Source: Microthyrium microscopicum (taxonomy: Eukaryota). From it: DNA of 64,000 bases. The translations under genes and the position numbers were made by a program. Positions 36,567-48,467 of the stretch are shown here, in pieces (positions within the stretch are counted from its first letter, which is position 1; every line of letters begins with the position of its first letter). The DNA is taken from the NCBI GenBank assembly GCA_010405405.1, contig MU004231.1:1743784-1807783 (forward strand), written 5' to 3'. Under the pieces are notes generated by a model, which was given only the letters and a program-made list of their open reading frames with translations, had not been told where the DNA came from and did no database searches.

Positions 36567-37249
36567 GTGGCATCCGAATTGGTTCAGAGCACCTAGCCGC
36601 TTCCTACTTCCTCTCCATTAGTCTTGACGCCTATGACCTACCAGAATACACATGGAATCCAGCTTATCCGAATGACCACACTTTCATCAAGATTCGGGGC
36701 GAATTTCATAGCTCATCTAGCAACCCTCTCACCTCAGATGACAACGTTCCCAAACTTGTACCCGATGATTCTGAGCTACCTACTGGCGCCTTGGATAAGT
36801 CGGAAAATGTCACTCTTTGGGTAGGAGTGTACATAACCGATTCGCCCTTCCTGCGCTCTTCAGGTGCACTTCCACCTCCTCGTAAAATTCTTCCGCCAAA
36901 TGACCGAAAATATGGACCTTCTGTCCAAATCATTGAGCAAGGAAATCATCCTGCGCTGAAAAATGACGAAAACGCGCTTCGGGTCGTCATCAACCCAAAG
37001 AAAGCCACGGCCCTTGACAGCAAGGGAAATCCGAGTCCCCTCACCTTCTACGCTCTGGTTAACCCAGACGAAGACACAAAGCTTTGCGAAGCAAAGCAAA
37101 TCAAGCGTGAAGACGTTTTTTTCCTACCCCGATACCGATCCTTCTTCAGCCCTGGGGACGATAGAAATTTCGACGGAGATGAATTTCGTAAAGTCGAGGC
37201 ACGCCGTGCCACCTGGCCGAAAGCTTGCCAGTACCAGATGCAGGAGTGA
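36567..37249 (+). CDS. Hypothetical protein; 5' exon unresolved
   Basis: The frame of the 152-aa ORF stays open upstream to a possible TTTAG acceptor near 36566 (about 225 codons). No recognisable domain. Confidence 0.4.
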
Positions 37250-37835
37250 GGGAGGACCAGTGCCTTTCTCAGCAACGTAACCAGTTTTATGCACTGTGAC
37301 TTCCAATATGACATGTAGGCTGTTCAGCGACTACTCGTTGGGATCACTGCGAGCTGAGCCGAAGTAGCTACGCGGGATTGAGCTGGCGCTTGCTACAAGG
37401 GATATGCCTTCTTTTAGTTGTCTATAGTTGACATAGCCTGCCGTAGCAATCAGTGCCGGCTCTGTTTGCAGTAAGAATCATGCACTAATCAGGCTGTCAT
37501 ATGGGGAAGTTGAGATGAGCGCTTAGAGCAGCATGTTGGGTTCACCAGAAGACCCGTTAGAGGGAAACATCAGTCATGACCACCGAAGGCGTTAGGAAAG
37601 AGTGCATATTGCAGTCGCGCTCGGTCATCCAGGAAGGTACCTGAGGATGGCCAAAGTGCTAAAAGATAGTTCTCAAGTCGCAAACTTGGCTCCTCAACGG
37701 CATGGCAAACTACCTTAAATGACCTTCTCCCATGGACTCTGATGGCTGCCACCAACGCTCTTAAGCAAAACGTGCTATATTTCCCATTGTATTCGATAAA
37801 TCATTCGATTCTGAACAAACTCTATGGCAAATAGA

Positions 37836-37915
37836 GCACTCGATAAAAGAGCATAGCATCTGGGAGCCAACAAGGCTGATGGGAGCGCGCCAGTTATTTT
37901 GCCGACCCGTTGCCC
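37836..37915 (+). repeat. Dispersed short hairpin repeat, copy F
   Basis: gcactcgataaaagagcatagcatctgggagccaacaaggctgatgggagcgcgccagttattttgccgacccgttgccc aligns with copies B and E. Confidence 0.65.
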
Positions 37916-38176
37916 CTTATTCCACTGGTAATCACTGACATCCAGATCGGAAAGATCACAGCACGATTGCAAAGGAGTTGAGTAGACAATCTCATTATTG
38001 GCCATATCTAAAGTTACTCATCAGTCATTAAAAAAGGCAGACAAAAGTCTATACTAATAAAACAATTTTCATCGTTAGCCATGCTCGCTAACAGCAAAAC
38101 CGAAAATCATGACTGATCATTTCCCATGCTGCAAACCCCATTCTTGCCCAAATCTTTTCATCTTTTCCTTTCATTC

Positions 38177-41100
38177 TTAATCATAAAGAGGATCCATATC
38201 TTCAGGGTCCTCAAGATCGAGCAACTCATCCGCATCCATGTCGGACATACTCTCATCACCCTCCTTGTCTGTATCATAATGGTTAGGCTCAACAATAATA
38301 CGTCCATCCTCAAGTTCAACATGGGCAACCTCGCCATCGCGGATTGCACCTTTGAGGATAAGAACGGCCATCTTGTTGAGGACCTCTTGCTCAATGAGTC
38401 TCGCAAGTGGTCGAGCGCCATATGCCGGGGAATAACCTGCTGCGCCCAAGTAGTCGCGTACTGCGTCGGACATGTCGATTTGTACGTCTCTTCCGTTCGT
38501 CTTGAGACGTTTCTGAATCTCTTGCATGCGCACGTCGACGATTCTGCGGATCTCCCGTTTGGTGAGGCGATTGAAGATGACGACGCTGGAAATACGATTG
38601 AGGAATTCCGGTAAAAAGTAATTCCTCAAGGCGCCCATTACAAGCTCTCGAGTGGTTGCATCTATCTTTCCGCTTGGTGCTGTTGGTCGTGCGAGGTATT
38701 CGGCACCAAGATTGCTAGTCATCACAACAATGCAATTCTTGGCGTCGACAATGCGACCTTGACCATCGGTGATTCGTCCGTCGTCTAGAAGTTGCAGAAG
38801 AACTGTGAGAATCTCCTTCGCGGCTTTCTCCACTTCATCGAGAAGAATGATGGAGAAAGGCTTTCGTCTGAGAGCTTCTGTGAGTTGTCCACCAGCGTCA
38901 TGTCCAACATAACCTGGTGGAGCTCCGATCAGGCGGCTTAAGGCATGCCGTTCCTGAAATTCACTCTGATATGTAAAGCAGTGGTTAGTTCAGATGTACA
39001 TCGAAGAAGCGGTTCATCAAGCTGAGCAGCGTGGACGAAACTTGGAATTGTGTGGACTTACCATGTCGAAGCGTATCATTGACTTCGGATCATCGAAGAG
39101 AAACTCCGCAAGCGCCTTCGTGAGTAGTGTTTTGCCAGTGCCGGAGGGACCGCAAAAGAGGAAACTTGGGGGTTGATTGGGATTGCTAAGACCAGACCGT
39201 TGGAGGCGTATGGCGTTTGAGACAGACACGACAGCCTCTCGTTGGCCGACAACAATTTCACCAAGAACCTTTTCCATGTGCAAGAGTTTCTCTTTTTCGG
39301 TTGTTCGCAGTCGAGTAATAGGAATGCCGGTCCAGCGGGCAACAATCTCATTGATCTGATCAGGACCGACTGCATCCGTAATCAAAGCTGTCTCTCCATA
39401 GCCACGGCGACTTGCCATGTCTTGATCGTTTTGTTTCTTCTCCTCCTCTAAACGTGCTATGCGGTTCTCGCAATCTGGAATGGCGTAGTACTGTAGATCG
39501 GAAGCGGTGGAGAAGTCTCGCGTTCGCTCAGCATCTGCTAATTTTGTTTTGAGAGAGTCGAGCTTGATTTTGGCGTCCTGTAGATCCTTGCTACGATTCT
39601 TTTCTTGTTCGTACTGTTCACGGATGGGACGAAGTTCTTCCTGAACATTGGCCCACTCGGCTCTCGCTTCTCTGAGACGAGCTTGCGACGCCTCATCCGT
39701 CTCCCTCTCTAAGGCATCTAGAAGTTTGTTAGTATTGTATTGCAGGATGATCTTAGGTGGTCAACTTACGGATCTCGATCTGGATCTGTCGCGCCTTACG
39801 CTCCATGCTGTCCAGAATTTCTGGCTAGGTCTTGTTAGTATGCTTTGATCACATAGATCTTTAAAATGAACTAACCTGACTCTCCCTCGCCACCCTTACG
39901 CTAGCTGCTGCCTCATCAATAAGATCTACAGCTGAGTCGGGAAGTCGTCGTGTGGTGAGGTAGCGAGCAGCAAGTGTCGCGGCACTCACAATGGCACCAT
40001 CAAGAATGGTGACACCATGATGAGTCTCGTACTTCTCTTTGAGTCCACGAAGGATCGAAACAGTCTCCGGAATACTCGGCTCATTTACTATAACTTGCTG
40101 AAACCGTCGTTCGAAGGCAGCGTCCTTCTCAATATATTTGCGATATTCCGCCAATGTCGTCGCGCCAATACAATGTAGTTGACCACGAGCAAGCATAGGC
40201 TTGAGAAGATTGGCAGCATCCATTCCGCCTTCGCCTGAAGAGCCAGCACCCATAAGAAGATGCATCTCATCGACGAAGAGGACAGTTGTCTCTTTCGCGT
40301 TTTCGACTTCATTGAGGACACCCTTCATTCGCTCTTCGAACTCTCCGCGGTACTTGCTGCCGGCGACGAGAGCGCCGACATCGAGGGATAGTAGTTTGCA
40401 GGCTGCGAGGTTGGCGGGAACGTCGTTGTTGACTATGCGGAGGGCTAGACCTTCAACGACGGTAGTTTTTCCGACACCAGGCTCTCCGATGAGGACTGGA
40501 TTGTTCTTTGTACGTCGCGAGAGGATTCGGATAACGCGGCGGATTTCTTCTTCACGTCCTATCACGGGATCGATTTTTCCTTCTCGTGCCATAGATGTCC
40601 TAGAAACCAGTTAGTATGATGTATGCATAACGACGTCAAGAACTCTTACATATCGATTGTGAATTTCTTGAGGTTCTCATTTTCCTCCTCTGAATCAGCC
40701 GTCTTCGAGTCCACCCGCTTGTTTCCTCTTATTTGCTGAAGCGCATCATTTATCAACGCAGCTTTAGGAACGTTCGCATCAGCCAGACACCGCTGGACAG
40801 TTGAATCTTCACATAGCGCCTGAATCAGATGATCCACCGCGATGAAGCTGTCCTTTTGTGTCTTAGATAGGTCTTGTGCGGCGCGTAGAACTTTCGAAAG
40901 TTGAGGGGCTACCGGAACGCTGTCTGGTGGAGGGTCTTGAGAAGGTTGTCGTACTAGAGACTTCTTCAAGGCTCGATCGAAAAGTTGAGGGTCACCGTGA
41001 GCGCGTTCTACTACTTGTCTACAGATTATTAGGATAATCCTACACAGTAAAGATCACGCAAGCTTACCTGAATAATGGAAGAGAATTAGCTGCATGCGAT

Positions 41101-41270
41101 GCGTGACCAGCCGGAGCTTGTTGATCTTTGCTAAGATCCGGCGGCGGGTCTACGAGAGATACAGCCAGATGGATTGGAAGCATTTGAGCATGAGCATATT
41201 GGGTAGCCAGTTCGTTCGCGTCAACCAAGGCTCGCTGGGCCCGGTCTGTGAATGCCATTTTAGAGGCCAT
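38177..41270 (-). CDS. HSP104: Hsp104/ClpB AAA+ disaggregase (Hsp98), about 6 exons
   Basis: [67 protein letters not shown] and an acidic C-terminus. Confidence 0.97.
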
Positions 41271-41380
41271 GTTGATTCTGATTGTCAAGCTATAGATTTG
41301 TAGCTATGGAACTGTTAAGATGCACGAGAGATTTAGTTGGAGAAGGCAAAAGGTGTTTAGAATTGAAGCACAGAGGCATA

Positions 41381-41490
41381 GATATATACCGGCGAAGAAC
41401 CATGTGCCAATGACCGGAATATGCCAGGCTCGACTTGGATGTTGTTGAAAGTGCAAGCACGTTCGACAGTGCTCTAGCGTGTTCTACCGC
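41381..41490 (-). promoter_or_regulatory. HSP104 promoter: TATA-like box and step-type heat shock element
   Basis: Minus strand taGAAcacgc-taGAGcactg-tcGAAcgtgc (nGAAn units 10 bp apart, about 41458-41487) and GTATATAT at about 41382-41389. Confidence 0.55.
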
Positions 41491-41875
41491 AAAGGTGTCC
41501 AATCAGATGGGGCCTTGGCAGTGACGTAGCCTCATATAGCTCTCAAAAAACGTGGTTTGGGTCATGGCGTGGCTACCCTAAATTGGTGGGGTGATACTGT
41601 GGGGTCAATCAAGTATCAAAGCCGCTCCCAACGTCGTAATATCATTATACCTGTCAGTATAAGACTTGAAGGACATTAAGTTATCCGGATATTTCGTCTG
41701 GTAGAATCTCACTCAAAGAGGTCGCTGCATGTTGATTGTTGGTCAGATTATCAAGATTCTGCATATGCTAGTAGCGATGCCCAATGCGGCAATATCCGCT
41801 TGCCTATCTGGGAAGGTAACCACATGGAAGCCACATGGAAGTCTAACTACATCTGCCTTGTTTTGTTGTCGTCCT

Positions 41876-43052
41876 TCATGTTGCCGACAAATCTTCTCTA
41901 GAGAAAACCCATAGCAACTGTCGCAAGCTGCCGAAAAAGTCGGGCTTTGTCTGCAAGTCAGTCCAACACGATCGAAATCAAACGGGAAATAAATACCAAT
42001 TGTTGGCCTATGGTCGCATTGAAGACTTTCCAAGAAATATTTTCACCTGGGCGTACAAACTTAGTACACCAACCACTCGCAGCCGCGTCAATATCAAATG
42101 CGTCAACCGCCTCTCCATCTTCACATTCAAATTTTGCATTCATGTATACCAGAATTTTGGACAGGTCAAACAGATCGTTGTATGGAATGTGAAGCTGATC
42201 GAGATAAAGCCGTTGATTATCTCGTACTGACGGTAGCACCACATCGTAAGTAAATCGATGAGGAGAAGCAACGTTGATGGCTGTCAAGGAAGTGCTGGTT
42301 ATCGCCAGAACATCAAGGAGATCGATATCTCGCTCGTCTTCTAGTCTGCCGATTGAGACTTCTTCCATGGAGTCGTGCCATTCTTCCGATCCTCTTTCTA
42401 GGCTGTCGTCATGTCGGAAGATCTCAAAAATAGGAATAAGAAATGTTCTGCAGTTGTCAGGTTCTTGGACTTCGCCATTCGATTTGTTGATTTCTCCGTC
42501 AGAAATGCTATCAGCATTCTCGGCCGTGGTCGCGAGACTTCTGAAGAACATCCTTCTCTGATCTTGTATAGTTCTACCTCGCTCTGTCCTGTAAATCATT
42601 GTGAATCTGACTGACCCTTCAGTGAAAGGTAAAAGTCGTACCTGTACATTCCACTGTGTGGCCCAAGACTACCACTAAGTGAGCCTTGTATGTCTAACGC
42701 ACGTTCATCGTCCAATATGGTGAGAGCTCGTAGAAAACACAGATAGTCCACAGGTTCAACTTTGTCAGGAGGAAATGGGAATGAACCAAGCCAATGGATC
42801 ATGTCGAAAAGCTTGCTCAGGCCTGTCTCCAGATAGACAAAATTAGCTCCCAGATACTGTGCCATGGCTGTTATGAATTTCTTTCGATCAAGGCCTAAAA
42901 AATTAGCCTGAAGCCTTCCACAATTGATTAGTTTGGCTACCAGTATTGAAGCCATTTCTCAAGGACTCGAAGTTGGTCATGACGCGATCTTCCAATTCAG
43001 GATTGTCAGAGCCCCAAGTGCGTGGGTGCAAGTCAGTTGAGAGGCGACTCAT
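41876..43052 (-). CDS. Fungal hypothetical protein, 4 exons
   Basis: MSRLST...NTG|LDRKKF...MYR|TERGRTIQDQRRMFFRSLAT...QQL|TKPDFFGSLRQLL; three GT-AG introns keep the frame. Confidence 0.65.
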
Positions 43053-43689
43053 TATTGCATCTGTTTGATGTTATCTCAAGGATATATTAGGTATGCAAGT
43101 GCTGCTCAAGATCTACCTTTACTGAATAGTCCCTCTCCGGCCCATTTTTGAATTTGTTCCTTGAAATAAAGATGATATTCTTCTGGCTCAAATTGACCAA
43201 ATCGCTCCTGACTCCAAATGATTTCTTCTTCAGAATACATGATCGTAAATGCAGAAATTACTAAGTCTTGTCAGGGAGACCATCAAATATGAAAGGGGCG
43301 TATGGTTTTGGCACGATTGAAGGATCTTCACCTGATACGATCCTGTGGGAGTCATACATAAACAATTGCCTTGTGGGGGCCAAATTATTCCTTGTGCTTC
43401 GAAACCATTATCATTGTTGAGCATTTCTTCTTTCAAAGCTTGAAATAGCATCATTTTGTTTAACGATAAGCTCAGAGCCAATTTGTTGATCTGATATAGT
43501 TCACCTCGGAAAATCATGCTATGTGTATCAGTGGCTACAATGGTAAAGTGGGTATGTAGTAGAGCTAGAGCATCACTACCAAACTTAATGCATATGTCAA
43601 GGGTTAGATTATAATAGAGCCAAAAATATTGCTTTGGCTAAGATGTTCTTCCATAGTATGTTCAATACTGGCTGACGACTTTGAGCCGC

Positions 43690-44506
43690 TCATACTGGTT
43701 GCCCACTCTTGATAGCAGAGGTCATGGCTGCGTCTTCCTTCAGATATTGCTTAAACTCCGAATACTTTTCCAATATAAGATCGGCAACTATTCGTGCCAT
43801 AACCTGACCTCCTTTGCTGGTCAAATGAGTAGTATCTGAGCTATATTGCTTAGACGCTGCTTCTCCGATTGCCTTGACATAATTGCTTGATGCCTCATTC
43901 AGGTCAATATATGCATATGATCCAGCTTTTGCAGCAGCAATTGTAGCAGTTCGCCATTCGGCAAGAGTGTCTCGAAACTTGTTGCCCTGGAATCTTGTTC
44001 GTGAGAGTGGAGTGACGAGAAGTGGTGTCCCACCAGCCTTTTTGATATCAGCTGCCAATCCCATCATGTTGGTTTGAAAGGAAGCTGGTGTGATTCCTGA
44101 TCCCTTGTTTTGGTCATTGTGTCCAAACTGGAAATATCAATACCGTACTATGATACGACTCTTAGGAACGTACTTGTAATGTTGCAATAACGGAATACTG
44201 GCCGGCATCTCTTCGTACTGCAGCCAACAGCTTCGGTAACCCTCCTTCGTCAGTGCGGTAGTTGACGCTCGTCCTTCCTCCTCTGCCAAAGTTTTGCCCA
44301 GTGGCTGGTTTCTGAATTAAAGTTAGGAATGCGTCTCCCCAGCCAGTCTTGGATTGCGTTGTGGAGTCACCACCAAGCAGAAATGCTGGTGGTTTAGCTA
44401 ACCCTGAAGCCTTGAAATTGTTCGGGACTATAATTGAAGCTACCACTGTAGACAAGCAGAGATAAAGCAGGGCAATAAGCACCTGAAAGTTGGTTACTAT
44501 TCTCAT
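43690..44506 (-). CDS. Secreted SGNH/GDSL esterase, rhamnogalacturonan acetylesterase-like (CE12), 1 intron
   Basis: Signal peptide; GDSTT, GWG, NFGRGGRT, Q|FGHNDQ, LLVTPLSR, YIDLN, DTTH. Confidence 0.9.
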
Positions 44507-45549
44507 CCTGACAGTCAGATACTCCTGGTTCGGAAGAGAGAATATGGGGTCTCCTCAAGAATTGCTCTAAATACTTCTGGCTATATAGCTTTATTGTTTT
44601 GCGTTATGATATATCATAGTGCTAAGACGATCGGCAGGGAAAAACATATTGGATCTGTTTGGAATCAAATTTCCGAACCCTGTTCGAGTCGATATAGACC
44701 AACACCACGCAATACCTGACAGGGCTTGAATCTTTAAGCCTAATAGTTCATTAGGCAGATTGTATCATTGAGACTTTCAGATTCTCAATGCTGAAAATGC
44801 ACTTCATATTTACACGTTCTTCGTGCAATTCTGAAACAGAGAGGCGAAAATAGATCAATAACAACGCTTTGTACATCAGCGTCTACACTCGAGAACATCT
44901 TTTATTACTATACTTTCTGAGATTTCGAAAGGAAAATAAGGACTGTCAATCGCCATATTTCAGTTCACTGGAGAGCGAGCTTCAAAGCACCGTTAGCACC
45001 CTATTGATAAAATAAATGCCCTGTTCAAGAATAAAAACCTTGCCCGCGAGAAGTCGAGGAGTCAATATTATCTCATAAGCTTCGAAAAAATCTATGGATC
45101 TGGTTTCCTTGTGTGGGAAAGGTCTAGTCGCCTCACCTTTGTGCAGTGATTGTTTGGCCACCGGTGTGGATCACATATGACTTCAGGCTAAAGTAGGGAA
45201 ACCGCTCTATCAAAATTGTCCTACGAGTTTCATGTAGAATCTTGCTCAAGTTAACTCCAGATAGATTTCTGGCGAAAATGGGCGAAAAATCGAGACATCG
45301 CTTGTGTCATGTTCTTATATGCTTTAACAGAGCCTCGCATTGTGTCGGAATCGTGGTGCCTTCAGGGGTGATAGCCTCGTTACGCGAAATGATATTACGA
45401 ATCCAAACGAATATGAGATAAGCCCTGGTCCTGATTACGCAGAAATGCGGTAAAATAGTTGTATCCTTCTAGGATGGAAAGATGTGTTGGCTGTATTGTG
45501 TCTGGTATATCCATTGATTTAGATTTATGGATGTATGTATCGTGACCGC

Positions 45550-46506
45550 TTACTCCTGACACAGTTTTCCTACAAATCCAAGATCCGGGGGACTCGCAAG
45601 CCAACGCATTGGAACTGACTGCTTGATATCGCAATATTTCTTGTTGGTACATGTGCTGAGTTGCCACAATCCTGTTTGCTTGAGAGCATCAATCGTTGTT
45701 GAGACTGCGAATTGTGACGACTGTCTACCTTCCATGGACGTACAGGCTATCGCCACAATTAGACTGCGTGGGTAAAAAGGCTTCGGTAGATCTAAGAGCT
45801 GCGAAGGACAAATAGTCTCTGCTTTAAGGGTCTTCCTACGAAGTTTTGAGCCATGCTGTTCCCAGTTGCTTTCTTTGAACATTGGAACGTCGAGATACGC
45901 ATCAGCAATCTTTTCGGACTTGGCTTCCAGCAAAGCCCAATCATTGAGTACAGAGCGGACGGCATCGCTTGCTCGTACTATGATGTCTCCTCCAGACATG
46001 ACGTGAAGAATATCAATATCGCTCTCAACGTGTTGAATCAGCCTCTCATTATATGTGGTCCCAAGTTGAGACACGTGAGCAAAATCAAAGGTGTCAAGCA
46101 GTTCCAAGACAAGACCAGGGAAATTTGAGGCCACAATGTTGTAGCATGGCAGGTTCAGTTCCAAGCAGACATTCAGATGAGTGGTGGTCGTGGCGGCCAC
46201 AATGTATTTCGTCGCACCGCCAAATCGAACCAAGGAAAATACGGTATTCAAAAGCAGGAGAACCTGCTGATCTATTGCTTCCGCTGAGCCCCCAAAGGGA
46301 ATTACCGATATTATACTGAAGGTGAGATCGGTTGCTTGGTGCATTGGATTTGATACAGCCGTAGTTGTGTCCAAAGCTCCGCTCATCAAATGCGTCGTCA
46401 CGCCTTGCCAAATATGCCAAACGCAGTGATTATAGTACACGCAGAAAAAGGTTCTTGCTGAACTCGCATAAGTTATAGCCTCACCTAGCACAGCTTTTAT
46501 TACCAT
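45550..46506 (-). CDS. Intronless hypothetical protein, possibly a degenerate nucleotide-diphospho-sugar transferase (GT77-like)
   Basis: 318-aa ORF; LNTVFSLVRFGGATKYIVAA..CLELNLPCYN, HVESDID and ALKQTGLWQL recall this family. Recognition from memory only. Confidence 0.45.
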   Translation of the reverse strand: MVIKAVLGEAITYASSARTFFCVYYNHCVWHIWQGVTTHLMSGALDTTTAVSNPMHQATDLTFSIISVIPFGGSAEAIDQQVLLLLNTVFSLVRFGGATKYIVAATTTTHLNVCLELNLPCYNIVASNFPGLVLELLDTFDFAHVSQLGTTYNERLIQHVESDIDILHVMSGGDIIVRASDAVRSVLNDWALLEAKSEKIADAYLDVPMFKESNWEQHGSKLRRKTLKAETICPSQLLDLPKPFYPRSLIVAIACTSMEGRQSSQFAVSTTIDALKQTGLWQLSTCTNKKYCDIKQSVPMRWLASPPDLGFVGKLCQE

Positions 46507-46632
46507 TTCAACTATGGAGAAACACCGGCGTGTGCCCCAACCGATGCATCGTATATCTAAGTACCTACTTCGAGGATGCCGTTCAAAAATCCACCTTTCG
46601 CTTTCAGGATTCAGGAGATAAGGCAGGCGTAC

Positions 46633-47344
46633 TCAGGATACAATCTCTGCTACCGTTGACCCGCCGTTATTGATTGCCTCACCATTGCGTGCACCAGTTG
46701 ATCCTGGGTCCAGCTTTACATCATGATTGATATGCTCCGTGCGGTCTTTCTGAGCGATAGATGGGGAGCGAAGGTGCTGAAGTATGTAGTCATTGCACTT
46801 CTCAGGGCTGGCAGTCGAATCCACGACGATAGTATTGATTGTCAAAGGACGAAGAGGATTCTCGATCCAGGTTTTGAAACGGGTCCCAAAATCATCGGCG
46901 TTGGCAAGATCTGGTGGTGGGCAGTTCACACCTGTTGGCTGACTTCTTAGCGAGGCCCTGTGTTTGAGCCTTTGATCCAGCAGGTCGATATCCTCTACTC
47001 TACACTCGATATATCTGTAGTCGAGACCGTATTTCTCGGCCAGAGCCATGCCTGTTTCCAAGACGTAGTTGTACTGACACATGCTATCAAACAGAATGTT
47101 GCGACCTTGTTTGATTATATCTTCTGCCATAGCGAAGCCTAAGTGGTATGCGAGTCTGGGAGACTTGTCCATTGAAATGTCGTTGTCAAGATAAAATGAT
47201 TTGATAAGGTCATAGTTAATGATCACGGCATCAATAGATTGTGCTAGCAATGTGCTAGCAATGTGCTAGCAATGCAGCAATTGTGCTCTTGCCGGAACCT
47301 GGCGTACCGGACATTTGGATGAACAGTTTGTTGGATATAGACAT
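46633..47344 (-). pseudogene. AAA_33-type P-loop kinase, frameshifted by an 11-bp triplication
   Basis: ATG 47344 gives MSISNKLFIQMSGTPGSGKSTIAALLAHC*. Removing two of three CATTGCTAGCA units fuses it to LAQSIDAVIINYDLIKS..ILFDS..YIEC..RL. Confidence 0.8.
47240..47274. repeat. Exact 11-bp tandem repeat x3 (TGTGCTAGCAA)
   Basis: Read directly. Confidence 0.95.
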
Positions 47345-48467
47345 AATTCTTTGTGAGCCTTCGAGACCGGTTAGAACTGGAAATTGAAGGAAGGAGATTT
47401 TTTTTATACTTGGCAGTGGCTTGCTTGTGATCAATCAATGTGCTGGATTGCGCCGGTGGAAAGTTCAAAAGTTCAGGAGTATGTGATAAGTTGATAGTGA
47501 AATTAGATTGAGCCTAGCTGGTATAAGGAAACGGTGGGAGCTAAATACGCCAGACTAACAGCTGGAGGCATGGCAAGGCAGCCACAAGGCGCGAACATTG
47601 GGCGCAATGGGCTCAACTGAGAGCGGCATCAGGCTGGAGTTCTTATTGTAAAACGTGGCGCTCGATGTGTGGAAGTTCGTTCTGAATGCCTCTCGATATG
47701 CCTTATGCAGGTATAATAAAAGTTCTTAACGAGCCGGCTATGCTCTGTTAGATTCTAGCGACCTGATATCGAGAAGTCGTGAAGACACCGATTTTGGGAT
47801 TTCAACAATTTCATGTTGATATCGGGATGGTTCGCCTACCGCCATGACCACAGCTAATTGCAAATCAGCCGGTATCGATTGCCTGAGGCCGGTGTATCTA
47901 GCAGAGAGTGCATAGGTTGATAAGCTTGGTAAAAAAGATAGCAACAATGGGTAACTTGCAGAAAGAAAAGCTGAACATGGCGCCTTGCAATTAATGCCGA
48001 TTTACTTCAAGACTCTTCGGAGAGTTGTAACTTAGCAGCGGTAATCTTCATTCGTTCGTAATTCTGGCAGTACTTTATTGAAAATCAGTTCAGTCACTAG
48101 AGTAATTCGCTTCTAGTTCAATCCGTGTCGCAGATGCCCACCACTTCTTCGCTGGTTCACATACATGCATGTAAATGAGATGACTCCATAGCACAATTGG
48201 CTATCTTATATCAAACTAATATCAGCCTTACCGACGAGCTAACTTTTATGAAAAGAAAGTCAAGGCGTGAAAAACCAAACGTCCATTCTAGGCTTTTAGT
48301 AAAAGATAGTATGCACAGCTTGCACCTTTTCTTGCAATGGTTCCGCCCCTACTAGAAGCAAAAGAATAGGTGGATATAGACCCGAACCAAAGGTTGAAAC
48401 ACCTGTACACCTTTACCATAACGCCGGCGGCCATAACAGATTCTTCATGAAAACAGTAATTTACACA

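Noticed and set aside
35517..37915. Dispersed repeats as a CRISPR array or tRNA genes
   Set aside because: Eukaryotic context, irregular spacing and orientation, no cas genes, and no cloverleaf or GTTCRA B-box.
43230..43517. 95-aa ORF as a gene or TE fragment
   Set aside because: AT-rich, with no recognisable motif or splice support.
47240..47274. The extra 22 nt as a spliceosomal or HAC1-type (Ire1) intron
   Set aside because: No GT-AG of plausible size and no paired CNG-CNG Ire1 loops; an exact tandem triplication explains it.
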